In this document: positions 50,560-59,616 of the stretch, one piece after another
Numbering within the stretch: the first letter of the stretch is position 1
Layout: each line of letters starts with the position of its first letter
DNA from: a virus
Reading direction: 5' to 3' (one strand)
Length of the DNA stretch: 64,000 nt
Virus record (IMG/VR): IMGVR_UViG_3300010413_000004
Location: 32,001 to 96,000 of that record
Made by a program: the position numbers and the translations under genes
Notes under the pieces: generated by a model
Seen by the model: the letters and a program-made list of their open reading frames with translations, nothing else
Databases searched by the model: none
What the model was told of the DNA's origin: nothing

Positions 50560-50862
50560 TTATTGGACCAATGCAATTCCTGATGTTTTTGAACGATAAT
50601 AATTGATCAAATCTTCTGGAACATCAACAACCTCGCCCATGATATGAAGCTTTTCCAGAGTTACGAAGCTTTCGAATTCGCCATCAGCAGCGGATGCTGA
50701 CACGATCCACGGCATTAGTTCTTGGCTAACTTGACCACCCGCCTGCATCAACACGAGTGAACGTGGACGCTTGAGGATGAATGTATCTTCGAGTTCTTCT
50801 TCGACTTCTGCAACGATTTCTTCGCTTGTTACCAACTTGAATACTTTAATGTTATCACTCAT
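50560..50862 (-). CDS. Small Sm-like protein
   Basis: IKVFKLVTSEEIVAEV...LKRPR...LMPW; TATAAATA at 50881-50888 (-). Confidence 0.6.
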   Translation of the reverse strand: MSDNIKVFKLVTSEEIVAEVEEELEDTFILKRPRSLVLMQAGGQVSQELMPWIVSASAADGEFESFVTLEKLHIMGEVVDVPEDLINYYRSKTSGIALVQ

Positions 50863-50883
50863 TGTAATTTCCTGTTATTATAT

Positions 50884-51114
50884 TTATAGTCTGATACCTA
50901 TTGCATAGACATCCACAAAAATGAATCCAGTATTCAATACTATTAGTGGAAGGTCTCGTGTGCGTATAGCTACAACTGCCCACAGCAAGTGGCCCAAGAG
51001 AAACCCAATGAATGCCCATGGATTAGCAGCAAGTGTAACTGATACTGACACCAATACGGCACTTACAAACATTGAAGTGGTGCCTATCCATTTCTGAATT
51101 GGTTGAATATGCAT
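50884..51114 (-). CDS. Small three-TM membrane protein
   Basis: Three hydrophobic segments (KWIGT..., WAFIGFLLGHLLW, LIVLNTGFI). Confidence 0.65.
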   Translation of the reverse strand: MHIQPIQKWIGTTSMFVSAVLVSVSVTLAANPWAFIGFLLGHLLWAVVAIRTRDLPLIVLNTGFIFVDVYAIGIRL

Positions 51115-51146
51115 AGTATGTTGTTTTTGTTGTGGCGTGTATGATA

Positions 51147-51725
51147 CTACACGGTGGTAATGGTTGTCAACAAGTCTGAGTATTCTTCGTGAGCACTCGT
51201 GCGGACTGCATAGTAGTATGGTATGTTATATATGATGATTTCGGAACCTTTTTCAATTCCCTCAGACAAGTCTGTTGATGTATATGAAAATCTAAGGAGA
51301 TCAGTTAGCACTTCGTTTCCTTTCTCGTCCCCAAGTTGCGCGAATACTGATTCGAACACTTGTTGATAGTCGTTGCTAGAATGCTGTACTTCGCTACTAT
51401 ACATATATTTGAATCCATCAACTGGAAATACATAAAAGGGTTCTAGCGACTGATCTGAGGAAGGTTCATATGACACGACTCCGTTAGCAAAGATCGCTCG
51501 CTGTCTTAGATCATAATGTTGTTTATCGAATGCCTCATTGAATGTTTCTGAGATGATATCAGGCTTACGCTTACGTACCTTCACCTTGTGGATATCAGCG
51601 TAATCTTTTGGGAGATTGCGAATAATGGGTAACCCTCCAGATTCTGCTATGAATCTGGAACAGTGCAATCGTAGAGTGCGAAAGTCTTCTTGAGACTTTG
51701 AGTGGTATAATTCATTGAAGCGCAT
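51147..51725 (-). CDS. Hypothetical late protein
   Basis: MRFNEL N-terminus; CATAAATA 5 nt upstream of the ATG. Confidence 0.75.
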   Translation of the reverse strand: MRFNELYHSKSQEDFRTLRLHCSRFIAESGGLPIIRNLPKDYADIHKVKVRKRKPDIISETFNEAFDKQHYDLRQRAIFANGVVSYEPSSDQSLEPFYVFPVDGFKYMYSSEVQHSSNDYQQVFESVFAQLGDEKGNEVLTDLLRFSYTSTDLSEGIEKGSEIIIYNIPYYYAVRTSAHEEYSDLLTTITTV

Positions 51726-51751
51726 ACAGGTATTTATGCGCTAGGTTTTAA

Positions 51752-51778
51752 AGAAAAGGGGGCATAGCCCCTTTTTCT
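51752..51778. terminator. Terminator
   Basis: AGAAAAGGGGGC-ATA-GCCCCTTTTTCT. Confidence 0.85.
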
Positions 51779-52052
51779 ATTTTGACGCCATCGCTTCGAT
51801 GTCCGAGATGAATTCATTCGCTTGTTGAATGTATTTCGGAACGATGTACTTCGGTGAGCGCTGGATGTTGTCAACCAGGTAGCAGAATTCGACCTGTAGC
51901 TGGTACAGTGCCGTGGATTCTGTCTGCCCGTTCTTGTGCTTGACACGAACAGCTTTGTTGCCGAGAGCGTTGGAAGCCTTATTGGTGGCTTTTGCAAAGG
52001 CGCGAGTGAGATAGTTAACAACATCTACGACGTTAATGTCATTATCAGCCAT
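51777..52052 (-). CDS. Hypothetical protein (91 aa), monocistronic
   Basis: GGAGA RBS before ATG 52052; own terminator; many C/G-ending codons. Confidence 0.7.
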   Translation of the reverse strand: MADNDINVVDVVNYLTRAFAKATNKASNALGNKAVRVKHKNGQTESTALYQLQVEFCYLVDNIQRSPKYIVPKYIQQANEFISDIEAMASK

Positions 52053-52152
52053 AATGATATTTCTCCAAATTGGATTTAAAAAGTTGAGAATTCGTCTCAA
52101 CACCACTGTATCAACGATACGAATCCTATTCTCAACGGATTGAATTGGGTCG

Positions 52153-52341
52153 TCAACGTTTTTCTTGTGACGTATTGTTGGTCACAATGATAGAAGAGTC
52201 TATATCTTGAAGTATTTTGAAAGCATTGATGTACACATCGTTCACATTATGGTGATCGATCAGTGGTTCTATTTGCTCACAAAACGTCAGCAGATGAAAT
52301 TCTAAGTAGTTGACCAGCGCGTCTTTTTCTGATGATGTCAT
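52153..52341 (-). CDS. Small hypothetical late protein
   Basis: TATAAATA 5 nt upstream of the ATG. Confidence 0.55.
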   Translation of the reverse strand: MTSSEKDALVNYLEFHLLTFCEQIEPLIDHHNVNDVYINAFKILQDIDSSIIVTNNTSQEKR

Positions 52342-52390
52342 GCAAGTATTTATACTAAAATTTTAACTACAAAAAACGCTACACAACTTG

Positions 52391-52447
52391 TTGACTTCCG
52401 TGGCTCATTTCCGTATTGTCGCGCCCACAAAATGATAATTATAAATA
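52391..52447 (+). promoter_or_regulatory. Tandem sigma70-type and late promoters for nrdAB
   Basis: TTGACT-17-TATTGT (52391-52419) and TATAAATA (52440-52447). Confidence 0.65.
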
Positions 52448-52623
52448 GAAGTCGTCACTCAACGAAAATCAAATGAGCTTACATTCCGTCGCGAATTGTA
52501 CGTGTACTGCACTTCATATCTCCGCATCCGCAGATCTGTGCGCATAGTGACATTATATAAAAACCACACGTTGAGTGTTTCAACTCAACCCTTTGATTCT
52601 ATTAATATTGGAGAATAACAATA

Positions 52624-54975
52624 ATGCTGACAACCGTTCGAATGGTCACCAAACGTACTGGTGAACTTGAAGAAATCGACTTCGACAAAATCCATCGTGT
52701 GCTCTTCTGGGCGACAGAAAACATATCAGGAGTGTCGGTTTCTGAAATCGAAGTAAGAACACATCTTCAACTATACGATAAAATTCCAACAAAAGAGATT
52801 CATGAGACCCTTATCAGATCAACTGCTGATTTGATATCTGAAGAAAGTCCAAACTACCAATACGTTGCAGCTCGATTGGTTAACATCCAACTCCGCAAGA
52901 TGGTTTATGGTCAATATATTCCACCTGATCTATTATCTCATGTTGAGAAGAACGTGGAGCGTGGTGTTTATGATAAAGAACTACTAGAACAATACGATGA
53001 GCAAGAGTGGGAACGTCTCAACAAGATGGTTCGACACGATCGAGACAATCTGTTGTCGTACGCTGCTATTGAACAATTTCGAGGGAAGTATTTGGTCCAA
53101 GATCGAACAACTCACGAATACTATGAAACGCCACAGATGTCATATATCTTAATCGCTGCAACGTTGTTTAGTCGGTATCCAAAAGAAACTCGTTTGCAAT
53201 ACGTGAAAGAGTATTATGATTCAATCTCAAAAGGTCCAAAGTCATCTATCACAATTCCTACGCCAATACTATCTGGTGTTCGTACAACAACGAGACAGTT
53301 TAGCTCATGTGTATTAATTGAAACAGGCGATAGTCTTGACTCAATCAACGAGACAGCAAGCGCAATTGTTGATTATGCATCACGTCGTGCAGGCATTGGC
53401 ATTAACGCTGGCCGCATTCGTGCTAAGGGTTCTTCAGTTCGCAAAGGTGAGATTTTCCATACTGGGAATGTTCCGTTCTACAAATATTTTCAACATGCGT
53501 TAAAGAGTTGTTCACAAGGGGGCGTTCGAGGAGCATCAGCGACAACATACTATCCCATTTGGCACCTTGAAGTTGAGGATCTCATCGTACTGAAAAACAA
53601 TAAAGGCACGGAAGAGAATCGAGCTCGTCACATGGATTATGGTGTCCAGCTGAATGGATACCTGTATCAACGTTTGCTAGAAAACAAAGAAATAACTTTG
53701 TTCAGTCCAAATGAAGTGCCCGATTTATATGAGGCGTTTTATGAAGACCAAAAGACATTCACTGAATTATACGAAAAGTATGAAAGGTCGCGATCAATTC
53801 GAAAGAAATCCGTTCCAGCATTGGATTTATTCTCACAGGTATTGATTGAACGTAACAATACTGGACGAATCTACATTCAGAATGTTGACCATTCAAATAT
53901 GCATAGTGCTTTCATTGAAGAACTTGCACCGGTTCGCATGTCCAACCTGTGTGTAGAGATTACACTTCCAACTAGTCCGTTGACCCGTAAAGGAAGAATT
54001 CCTTTTACTGCTTCAAGATATGAACAATACAAAGACGTTTCGTCGAAAGATTTTCGTGATGAGTTTGGTGAAATCGCACTGTGCACATTAAGTTCAATTA
54101 ACTGGGGAACAATAACTTCTCCAGAGGATTTTGAAAAACCTTGCGAGTTGGCTGTTCGAGCTCTAGATGAGCTATTGGATTATCAAGATTATCCAATGAT
54201 GGCAGCAGGTGTCCCCGCTAAGAACAGGCGAGCGTTGGGAATTGGTGTGTCTAACTTGGCCTATTTTATCGCTAAGCGAGGTGCTAAGTACTCAGATAGT
54301 TCAGCAAACGAGATAGTTAATGAGTATGCTGAGGCGATGTCTTATTACTTAATTAAGGCATCAATTAAACTAGCGAAAGAAAAAGGTCCTTGTAAGTGGT
54401 TCAGTGACACAAAATACTCACAAGGTATTTTGCCTGTTGACACATTTAAGAAAGATGTTGACTATAACATCAAAGTTTCGTCTCATTTGGATTGGAATCA
54501 ACTTCGTCATGATCTCATTCAATATGGTATGCGAAACTCCACTCTGCTCGCACTAATGCCAGTAGAGTCAAGCTCACAGATTATTAATGCTACGAATGGT
54601 ATTGAACCTCCACGCAGTCCAGTGTCTGTTAAAACATCCAAAGATGGTGCACTAAAACAAGTTGTTCCAGAAATTCACCGCTTGAAAAACAAGTATGAAT
54701 ATTTGTGGGATATGCCACATACTCGTGGTTATCTTGAAATTGCGGCATTATTCCAGAAGTGGGCTGATCAATCAGTTTCAACTAACACATCATATAATCC
54801 ATCGAACTACAACGAAGGAAAGGTTCCAATGTCTGAGTTGCTTCGAGATGTTATATATGCATACAAGCTGGGCATTAAAACATTATATTATCAAAACACA
54901 AGTGATGGTGCAGGCGAATATGAGTTGGTAGAAGAAAAAGAAGCTGAAGAAGATTGTGAAGCTTGTAAGCTATAA
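52624..54975 (+). CDS. nrdA: Class Ia ribonucleotide reductase alpha subunit with ATP cone
   Basis: VTKRTG ATP cone, PTPILSG, QFSSCVL, CSQGGVR, SNLCVEI, LYYQN, C-terminal CEACKL. Confidence 0.97.
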   Translation: MLTTVRMVTKRTGELEEIDFDKIHRVLFWATENISGVSVSEIEVRTHLQLYDKIPTKEIHETLIRSTADLISEESPNYQYVAARLVNIQLRKMVYGQYIPPDLLSHVEKNVERGVYDKELLEQYDEQEWERLNKMVRHDRDNLLSYAAIEQFRGKYLVQDRTTHEYYETPQMSYILIAATLFSRYPKETRLQYVKEYYDSISKGPKSSITIPTPILSGVRTTTRQFSSCVLIETGDSLDSINETASAIVDYASRRAGIGINAGRIRAKGSSVRKGEIFHTGNVPFYKYFQHALKSCSQGGVRGASATTYYPIWHLEVEDLIVLKNNKGTEENRARHMDYGVQLNGYLYQRLLENKEITLFSPNEVPDLYEAFYEDQKTFTELYEKYERSRSIRKKSVPALDLFSQVLIERNNTGRIYIQNVDHSNMHSAFIEELAPVRMSNLCVEITLPTSPLTRKGRIPFTASRYEQYKDVSSKDFRDEFGEIALCTLSSINWGTITSPEDFEKPCELAVRALDELLDYQDYPMMAAGVPAKNRRALGIGVSNLAYFIAKRGAKYSDSSANEIVNEYAEAMSYYLIKASIKLAKEKGPCKWFSDTKYSQGILPVDTFKKDVDYNIKVSSHLDWNQLRHDLIQYGMRNSTLLALMPVESSSQIINATNGIEPPRSPVSVKTSKDGALKQVVPEIHRLKNKYEYLWDMPHTRGYLEIAALFQKWADQSVSTNTSYNPSNYNEGKVPMSELLRDVIYAYKLGIKTLYYQNTSDGAGEYELVEEKEAEEDCEACKL

Positions 54976-55036
54976 TATAATAAAAACGTGGCCGTACTCT
55001 TAGTGCGGTCATCAATATAATAAGAAGGAACCCAAA

Positions 55037-56188
55037 GTGTCGGAAAATAAAACAACACAGAACCAACGTAGTAAAGTATTTAATCAAGATGCTACCAATC
55101 ATCTTAAAGCAAAAATGTTTTTTGATGCAAACGGTGGTCCAAAAATTGCTCGGTATGATATGGTTCGATATCCACAATTTGAGAACTTTACTGAAAAGCA
55201 GTTATCATTTTTTTGGCGACCCGAAGAGATAGATTTATCCAAAGATAAACGGGACTTCAGTGACTTGCCACCTGAGCAACAACACATCTTTACAAGTAAT
55301 CTTTTCCGTCAAATTGTACTTGATAGTGTACAAGGCCGTGGTGTTAATCTTATGCTACTTCCTGCAGCATCTTTACCTGAAGTTGAGGTGTGGATTGAGA
55401 CGTGGGGAGCGAATGAAACCATCCACAGTCGCGCGTACACTCATATCATCCGAAACATTTATCCAGATCCGTCAGCAGTATTCGATAAGATTACTGAAGT
55501 TGAAGAGATACTAGATTGTGCGCGTAGCGTTTCGAAGTATTATGATGAGATGGGCAAGTGGAATGCTCTCAGGGAGGTTCACCTTAATGGAGGTGAAACG
55601 ATTGGAATTGCGTACGATGAGTACCAACATAAGAAAGCGTTTTGGTTATGCTTAAATAGCATTAATGCGTTGGAAGGTTTACGATTCTATGTTAGCTTTG
55701 CGTGTAGTTGGAACTTTGCTGAACAAAAGAAGATGGAAGGAAACGCAAAAGAGATCAAACTGATCTGCCGCGACGAGAACCTACATCTTGGGTCCACTCA
55801 GTATATGCTTCGGACACTACCAAAAGATGATCCAATCTATAATACGATCGCTGAAGAGTGTAAAGACGAAGTGGTGCAGATCTTTCTTGAAACTATTCAG
55901 CAAGAGAAAGACTGGGCGAAGTACTTATTCCAACAAGGATCTATGATTGGACTGAGCGAGGACATCCTTTGCCAGTACGTAGATTACTTAGGCAGCCGTA
56001 GAATGAGAGCGATGGGATTAGACATTCCATTCACATATCCAACATCTGATCCATTACCTTGGACCAAAAATTGGATTAGTGGGAAAGAAGTTCAGGTTGC
56101 TCCACAAGAAGCAGAAATCTCATCGTACTTGGTGAGTGACATTAAACAAGATGTCGACACAGACATATTAAAAGGATTCAGTTTATAA
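55037..56188 (+). CDS. nrdB: Ribonucleotide reductase beta subunit
   Basis: FFWRPEE, LDSVQGR, ETIHSRAY, LEGLRFYVSF, RDENLH, VAPQEAEISSY. Confidence 0.97.
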   Translation: MSENKTTQNQRSKVFNQDATNHLKAKMFFDANGGPKIARYDMVRYPQFENFTEKQLSFFWRPEEIDLSKDKRDFSDLPPEQQHIFTSNLFRQIVLDSVQGRGVNLMLLPAASLPEVEVWIETWGANETIHSRAYTHIIRNIYPDPSAVFDKITEVEEILDCARSVSKYYDEMGKWNALREVHLNGGETIGIAYDEYQHKKAFWLCLNSINALEGLRFYVSFACSWNFAEQKKMEGNAKEIKLICRDENLHLGSTQYMLRTLPKDDPIYNTIAEECKDEVVQIFLETIQQEKDWAKYLFQQGSMIGLSEDILCQYVDYLGSRRMRAMGLDIPFTYPTSDPLPWTKNWISGKEVQVAPQEAEISSYLVSDIKQDVDTDILKGFSL

Positions 56189-56204
56189 CTGAAACAATTA
56201 CAAC

Positions 56205-56234
56205 AAAAAGACCACTGAGGTGGTCTTTATTTTT
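56205..56234 (+). terminator. Terminator/hairpin after nrdB
   Basis: AAAGACCAC-TGAG-GTGGTCTTT-ATTTTT. Confidence 0.7.
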
Positions 56235-56245
56235 AGGAGAAATAA

Positions 56246-56515
56246 ATGACTATTATAGTATATGGAACCCCAACATGCCCTAATTGCGATGAGATTAAGA
56301 AATTTCTGAGCGAATATGACATTCCATTCGCCTACCAGGAAGTGGGAAAGGATATCGTCCGCGAGGAGCTTGAACTCGTTGTAAGCCGTCCAGTCCGGTC
56401 AGTCCCTGTTATCACATTAATGGGAGAGGAAATTAGTGCTGATGGTTTGAAAGAGAAAATTCTAAAAGAAAATGAAAGAGTGGAAGCTGCCGATTTGCTA
56501 AGCATTCGGATATAA
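56246..56515 (+). CDS. Glutaredoxin (NrdC/NrdH-like)
   Basis: VYGTPTCPNC and RSVPVI motifs; follows nrdAB. Confidence 0.9.
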   Translation: MTIIVYGTPTCPNCDEIKKFLSEYDIPFAYQEVGKDIVREELELVVSRPVRSVPVITLMGEEISADGLKEKILKENERVEAADLLSIRI

Positions 56516-56540
56516 AAAAGGGGCCTACGGCCCCTTTTTT
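56514..56540. terminator. Bidirectional terminator between convergent genes
   Basis: A6-GGGGCC-TAC-GGCCCC-T6. Confidence 0.9.
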
Positions 56541-56907
56541 AGTTTAGTACGGCTGGTTCAACTTCGATATCGATCGGTAGTTTTAACGTGTACTCTTTGC
56601 GTTCGATAAGATCGTTTGAATCTTTTGGACTAAATTTGTCACGATCAAGCGACCACGTAATGTGGTAGGTCTTCCCGTCATCACGTTTCGTACTACCGTT
56701 AACACATACAATAAGTGCCTCCAGTCCTTCCCTATCTTCCACATAGCCAAGCACACGAATGCGCTCTGGAACATCAGGCTTCTCAGCTGTTTTTGGAACG
56801 CCAAATTGAACCGTGACATGGTGGCCGATAAAGTCATCGTACTTTGGAGGGAAAATCATCTTCAATTTCTCCCTACTGTCATCGTGTAACACGTATGCTG
56901 TATACAT
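56539..56907 (-). CDS. 2H phosphoesterase
   Basis: Two HxT motifs: HHVTVQFG and YHITWS. Confidence 0.75.
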   Translation of the reverse strand: MYTAYVLHDDSREKLKMIFPPKYDDFIGHHVTVQFGVPKTAEKPDVPERIRVLGYVEDREGLEALIVCVNGSTKRDDGKTYHITWSLDRDKFSPKDSNDLIERKEYTLKLPIDIEVEPAVLN

Positions 56908-56908
56908 T

Positions 56909-57445
56909 TTAAAGTCCTAGTTTCTTGAGTTCTTTAATAGTGAGATCCGCACTTTTGTGAAGAATGCCAATCCCTCCTGCCTTGATCCAAGGATCAATTG
57001 CTTTCTTGCGGTCATCTATTAGAATACGGTCAGGTTGAGCAAACTTAGCTTTGTCGGCGGTATTCCTGACCAAGTTTACTTTGACCGAACCGAAGTGCTT
57101 TTTGACTGCTCGTTCCTTTTGCTCGCCTGATTTGAAATGAGGCTGTCCAGTGGCTGTCAGAATTTCATGTGGATACTTACTAACATAATTCCACAATTCT
57201 TTCGCGTCACTCATCAACGGTAGTGACTCCCAGAATCCTGTATGGTCTTTCTGGAACTTCGCTATCGATGACCACATCTTGCTACGATAATTGGAATCTG
57301 TATTATACCGTTGCTGACTGTGAGTTTTATTAATGTGTAGTGCCTTGAACATGTTATTGACGCCAGCATCAAAGTCAAAAAGCACACCATCGAGATCAAC
57401 AAAAATCTCATACTTGTTGTCGTTTTTCAATTCTTGTGCTTTCAT
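56909..57445 (-). CDS. HAD-family 5'(3')-deoxyribonucleotidase-like protein
   Basis: FVDLDGVLFDF, ILTA, ILIDD, WIKAGGIGILH. Confidence 0.88.
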   Translation of the reverse strand: MKAQELKNDNKYEIFVDLDGVLFDFDAGVNNMFKALHINKTHSQQRYNTDSNYRSKMWSSIAKFQKDHTGFWESLPLMSDAKELWNYVSKYPHEILTATGQPHFKSGEQKERAVKKHFGSVKVNLVRNTADKAKFAQPDRILIDDRKKAIDPWIKAGGIGILHKSADLTIKELKKLGL

Positions 57446-57475
57446 ATTGTAGTTACCAAGTGTTTTCGATATTCC

Positions 57476-57504
57476 ACCATACTGGGGTATCCTTGTAGAG
57501 ACAA
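57476..57504 (-). promoter_or_regulatory. Sigma70-type promoter overlapped by a palindrome
   Basis: TTGTCT-17-TATGGT on the - strand; ATCCTTGT-N4-ACAAGGAT at 57489-57508. Confidence 0.5.
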
Positions 57505-57507
57505 GGA

Positions 57508-58833
57508 TTAATGTGAATATTTCCCATTTTTATAGTTTTTTAATACTTCTTGTAGCTCTGAGATGTACACCTGCTTCCTAGCATCTTCAGAAGATATCAG
57601 CGAGTTGTATTCTTCCAATGTTTTGAGCGCGTCCTTTAGTTTATCCTCAATCTTACGTTTCTCATCTTCGGTCAACCGGTATATCGGCAAGTCAGCGATG
57701 TAATCCACATGAATAATCTTTAACGTCTTGAGATAATCTTTTAAGTCTGCTCTCGTTTGTGTCTTTTTTAATTTGCTGCCAACGTTTTTGTCAATTGCTA
57801 TTAGAATGTCTCTGTATCGTTGTATCTTTTCTTCAAGAAGTGCAGCTAATCGTTCATAACGTGGTTTATACCAACCAAGTCGCCACATAGTAAATTCAGC
57901 AATAAGCGTTTCGTAAGGTGTGGACCATACTCGTGAGCCTTCAAAATCGATCACGTTAAGATTCTCAGTAACAGCTCGTTCAAGATTCAACGTTTTGATT
58001 ATCTTTTCATCAGACAATTTCTGCAATTCGCCACGTTTGAATTTGACGAAAATACTAAACTTGTCTTTTGATCTGTCTGTTACATCTACCAACGCTCCAT
58101 TCTCTTCCATGTCATATAGGCGTTCCATAACCTTTTCATGAACAGCACCATATGGTAAGTTTGTGATTTCAATGGTTGTTGTGTTGATACGTTTGAATGT
58201 TCCGCGAAATACCCAACGGTCGCCATTCTTACCGACAGCACGTTGATTTGTTGGATTGAAAGTTGGATTCGGTTCTTTGAATCCTTTATCTTGAAGAACT
58301 GCAATTTGGTGTTTAATAATATCACCAAGATCTCTAGGAAGAATACTTGCAGCGAAGCCAACGGCAATGCCTGATTGTGGGTTGATTAGTGCTACAGGTA
58401 CCAATGGTAAAAAGTACACTGGTTCGTCAAGAGAGTCGTCATAGTTGAGCGTCATTGGTATGATTTCAATATCACGAAAGACTACATCTTTTGTGAACTC
58501 AGATACTGTGACCGAAGTGTATCTTGCAGCACCATATGCTGTTGGATTGAGAATAGTTCCAAATGCACCGATTCCTGTCAGTAAAGGAATATTATTACCA
58601 TAAGGTGCTGCCAATGTATTAATTGCACCTTCTGGTCCAGTGTGTGGATGGATGGGCATCGTTGCTCCAGCCAGCGCAGCACTTTTGTACTTTTTTCCAT
58701 CTCTAGCTGTCCATAGCACGCGTCTGGCTGCCGCTTTAAGCCCATCAGCTGAGTATGGAATAGCACGAGAAGTTATTGTGTATAGAGAATAAAGTTTTCG
58801 TTGTTCTTCGATATATTGAGAGCTTGTTGTCAT
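57508..58833 (-). CDS. Type II topoisomerase, GyrA/ParC-like subunit (gp52-like)
   Basis: RAIPYSADGLKAAARR, HPH, GAARYT (catalytic Tyr), GIAVGFA; start ATG 58833. Confidence 0.93.
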   Translation of the reverse strand: MTTSSQYIEEQRKLYSLYTITSRAIPYSADGLKAAARRVLWTARDGKKYKSAALAGATMPIHPHTGPEGAINTLAAPYGNNIPLLTGIGAFGTILNPTAYGAARYTSVTVSEFTKDVVFRDIEIIPMTLNYDDSLDEPVYFLPLVPVALINPQSGIAVGFAASILPRDLGDIIKHQIAVLQDKGFKEPNPTFNPTNQRAVGKNGDRWVFRGTFKRINTTTIEITNLPYGAVHEKVMERLYDMEENGALVDVTDRSKDKFSIFVKFKRGELQKLSDEKIIKTLNLERAVTENLNVIDFEGSRVWSTPYETLIAEFTMWRLGWYKPRYERLAALLEEKIQRYRDILIAIDKNVGSKLKKTQTRADLKDYLKTLKIIHVDYIADLPIYRLTEDEKRKIEDKLKDALKTLEEYNSLISSEDARKQVYISELQEVLKNYKNGKYSH

Positions 58834-58853
58834 TTTTATTGTTTTTATATTTG

Positions 58854-59615
58854 TTATGACCAATAGGAGTAGATCATTGGCTGAAGCTGCCAGATAGTAC
58901 TATCATCTCGAAACACTTTTCCGAACCGCAACAATTCAACAAGTTCATGTGGAATTGCTGGAGTGTATTTTTCATTCCAATGCTTTTCGCAACCAAGTTT
59001 TCCAAGAATATCTGTTAGCGTATCTTCTAATTTTTTGTTTCTTGTTTGATCGTTAATCGTATCTTTAAACGCTTCTAGTGATCGGTAATGATCAATGAGA
59101 CCGTTGATGCCTGAAGGAGCTTCGCCTGTCGTTTTATCTATATATCCTGAATAAGGATAGAAAGGAAAGTTCATCGTTTGGCACCAACTCATCGAATCAT
59201 TACAAGTCGTGGACTCAATGAATCCTTTATCTCGTAGCAGACTATGTAGATAGTAATCTACAGTATTGTCATATTGGTACCACTCGTTGATGTGGCTTAG
59301 AGGCGTAAAACAGATGACATCCGCTAATCCAAACTCTCCATCGTAGGTAATGGTTCTACCAAACTCAATCTCCAATTTACCATTTTGTAGTGCAGACATT
59401 GTCATATACAAGTCAATTGCAAGATCCCCATCGGACTTCTTTTCGTTGAATATAGTTTCGATGTGTTGCTTGTATGCATCATATGAATATCTGTCATCGT
59501 CGTAGCTAGCAAATATTACACTATCTGGATTGAAGCGATTGTCTATTATTTCACCATCGTGATTTTTTACATCAACTAGCCCATACCCCAGAACGTTGTG
59601 TATTCGTATTCCCAT
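58854..59615 (-). CDS. Hypothetical protein
   Basis: 253-aa ORF tightly packed in the operon; GGAG RBS. Confidence 0.7.
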   Translation of the reverse strand: MGIRIHNVLGYGLVDVKNHDGEIIDNRFNPDSVIFASYDDDRYSYDAYKQHIETIFNEKKSDGDLAIDLYMTMSALQNGKLEIEFGRTITYDGEFGLADVICFTPLSHINEWYQYDNTVDYYLHSLLRDKGFIESTTCNDSMSWCQTMNFPFYPYSGYIDKTTGEAPSGINGLIDHYRSLEAFKDTINDQTRNKKLEDTLTDILGKLGCEKHWNEKYTPAIPHELVELLRFGKVFRDDSTIWQLQPMIYSYWS

Positions 59616-59616
59616 A

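Noticed and set aside
37972-56188. Introns, inteins or homing endonucleases in the polymerase, helicase, nrdA or nrdB
   Set aside because: All are continuous, of normal length, and lack intein or LAGLIDADG/HNH/GIY-YIG motifs
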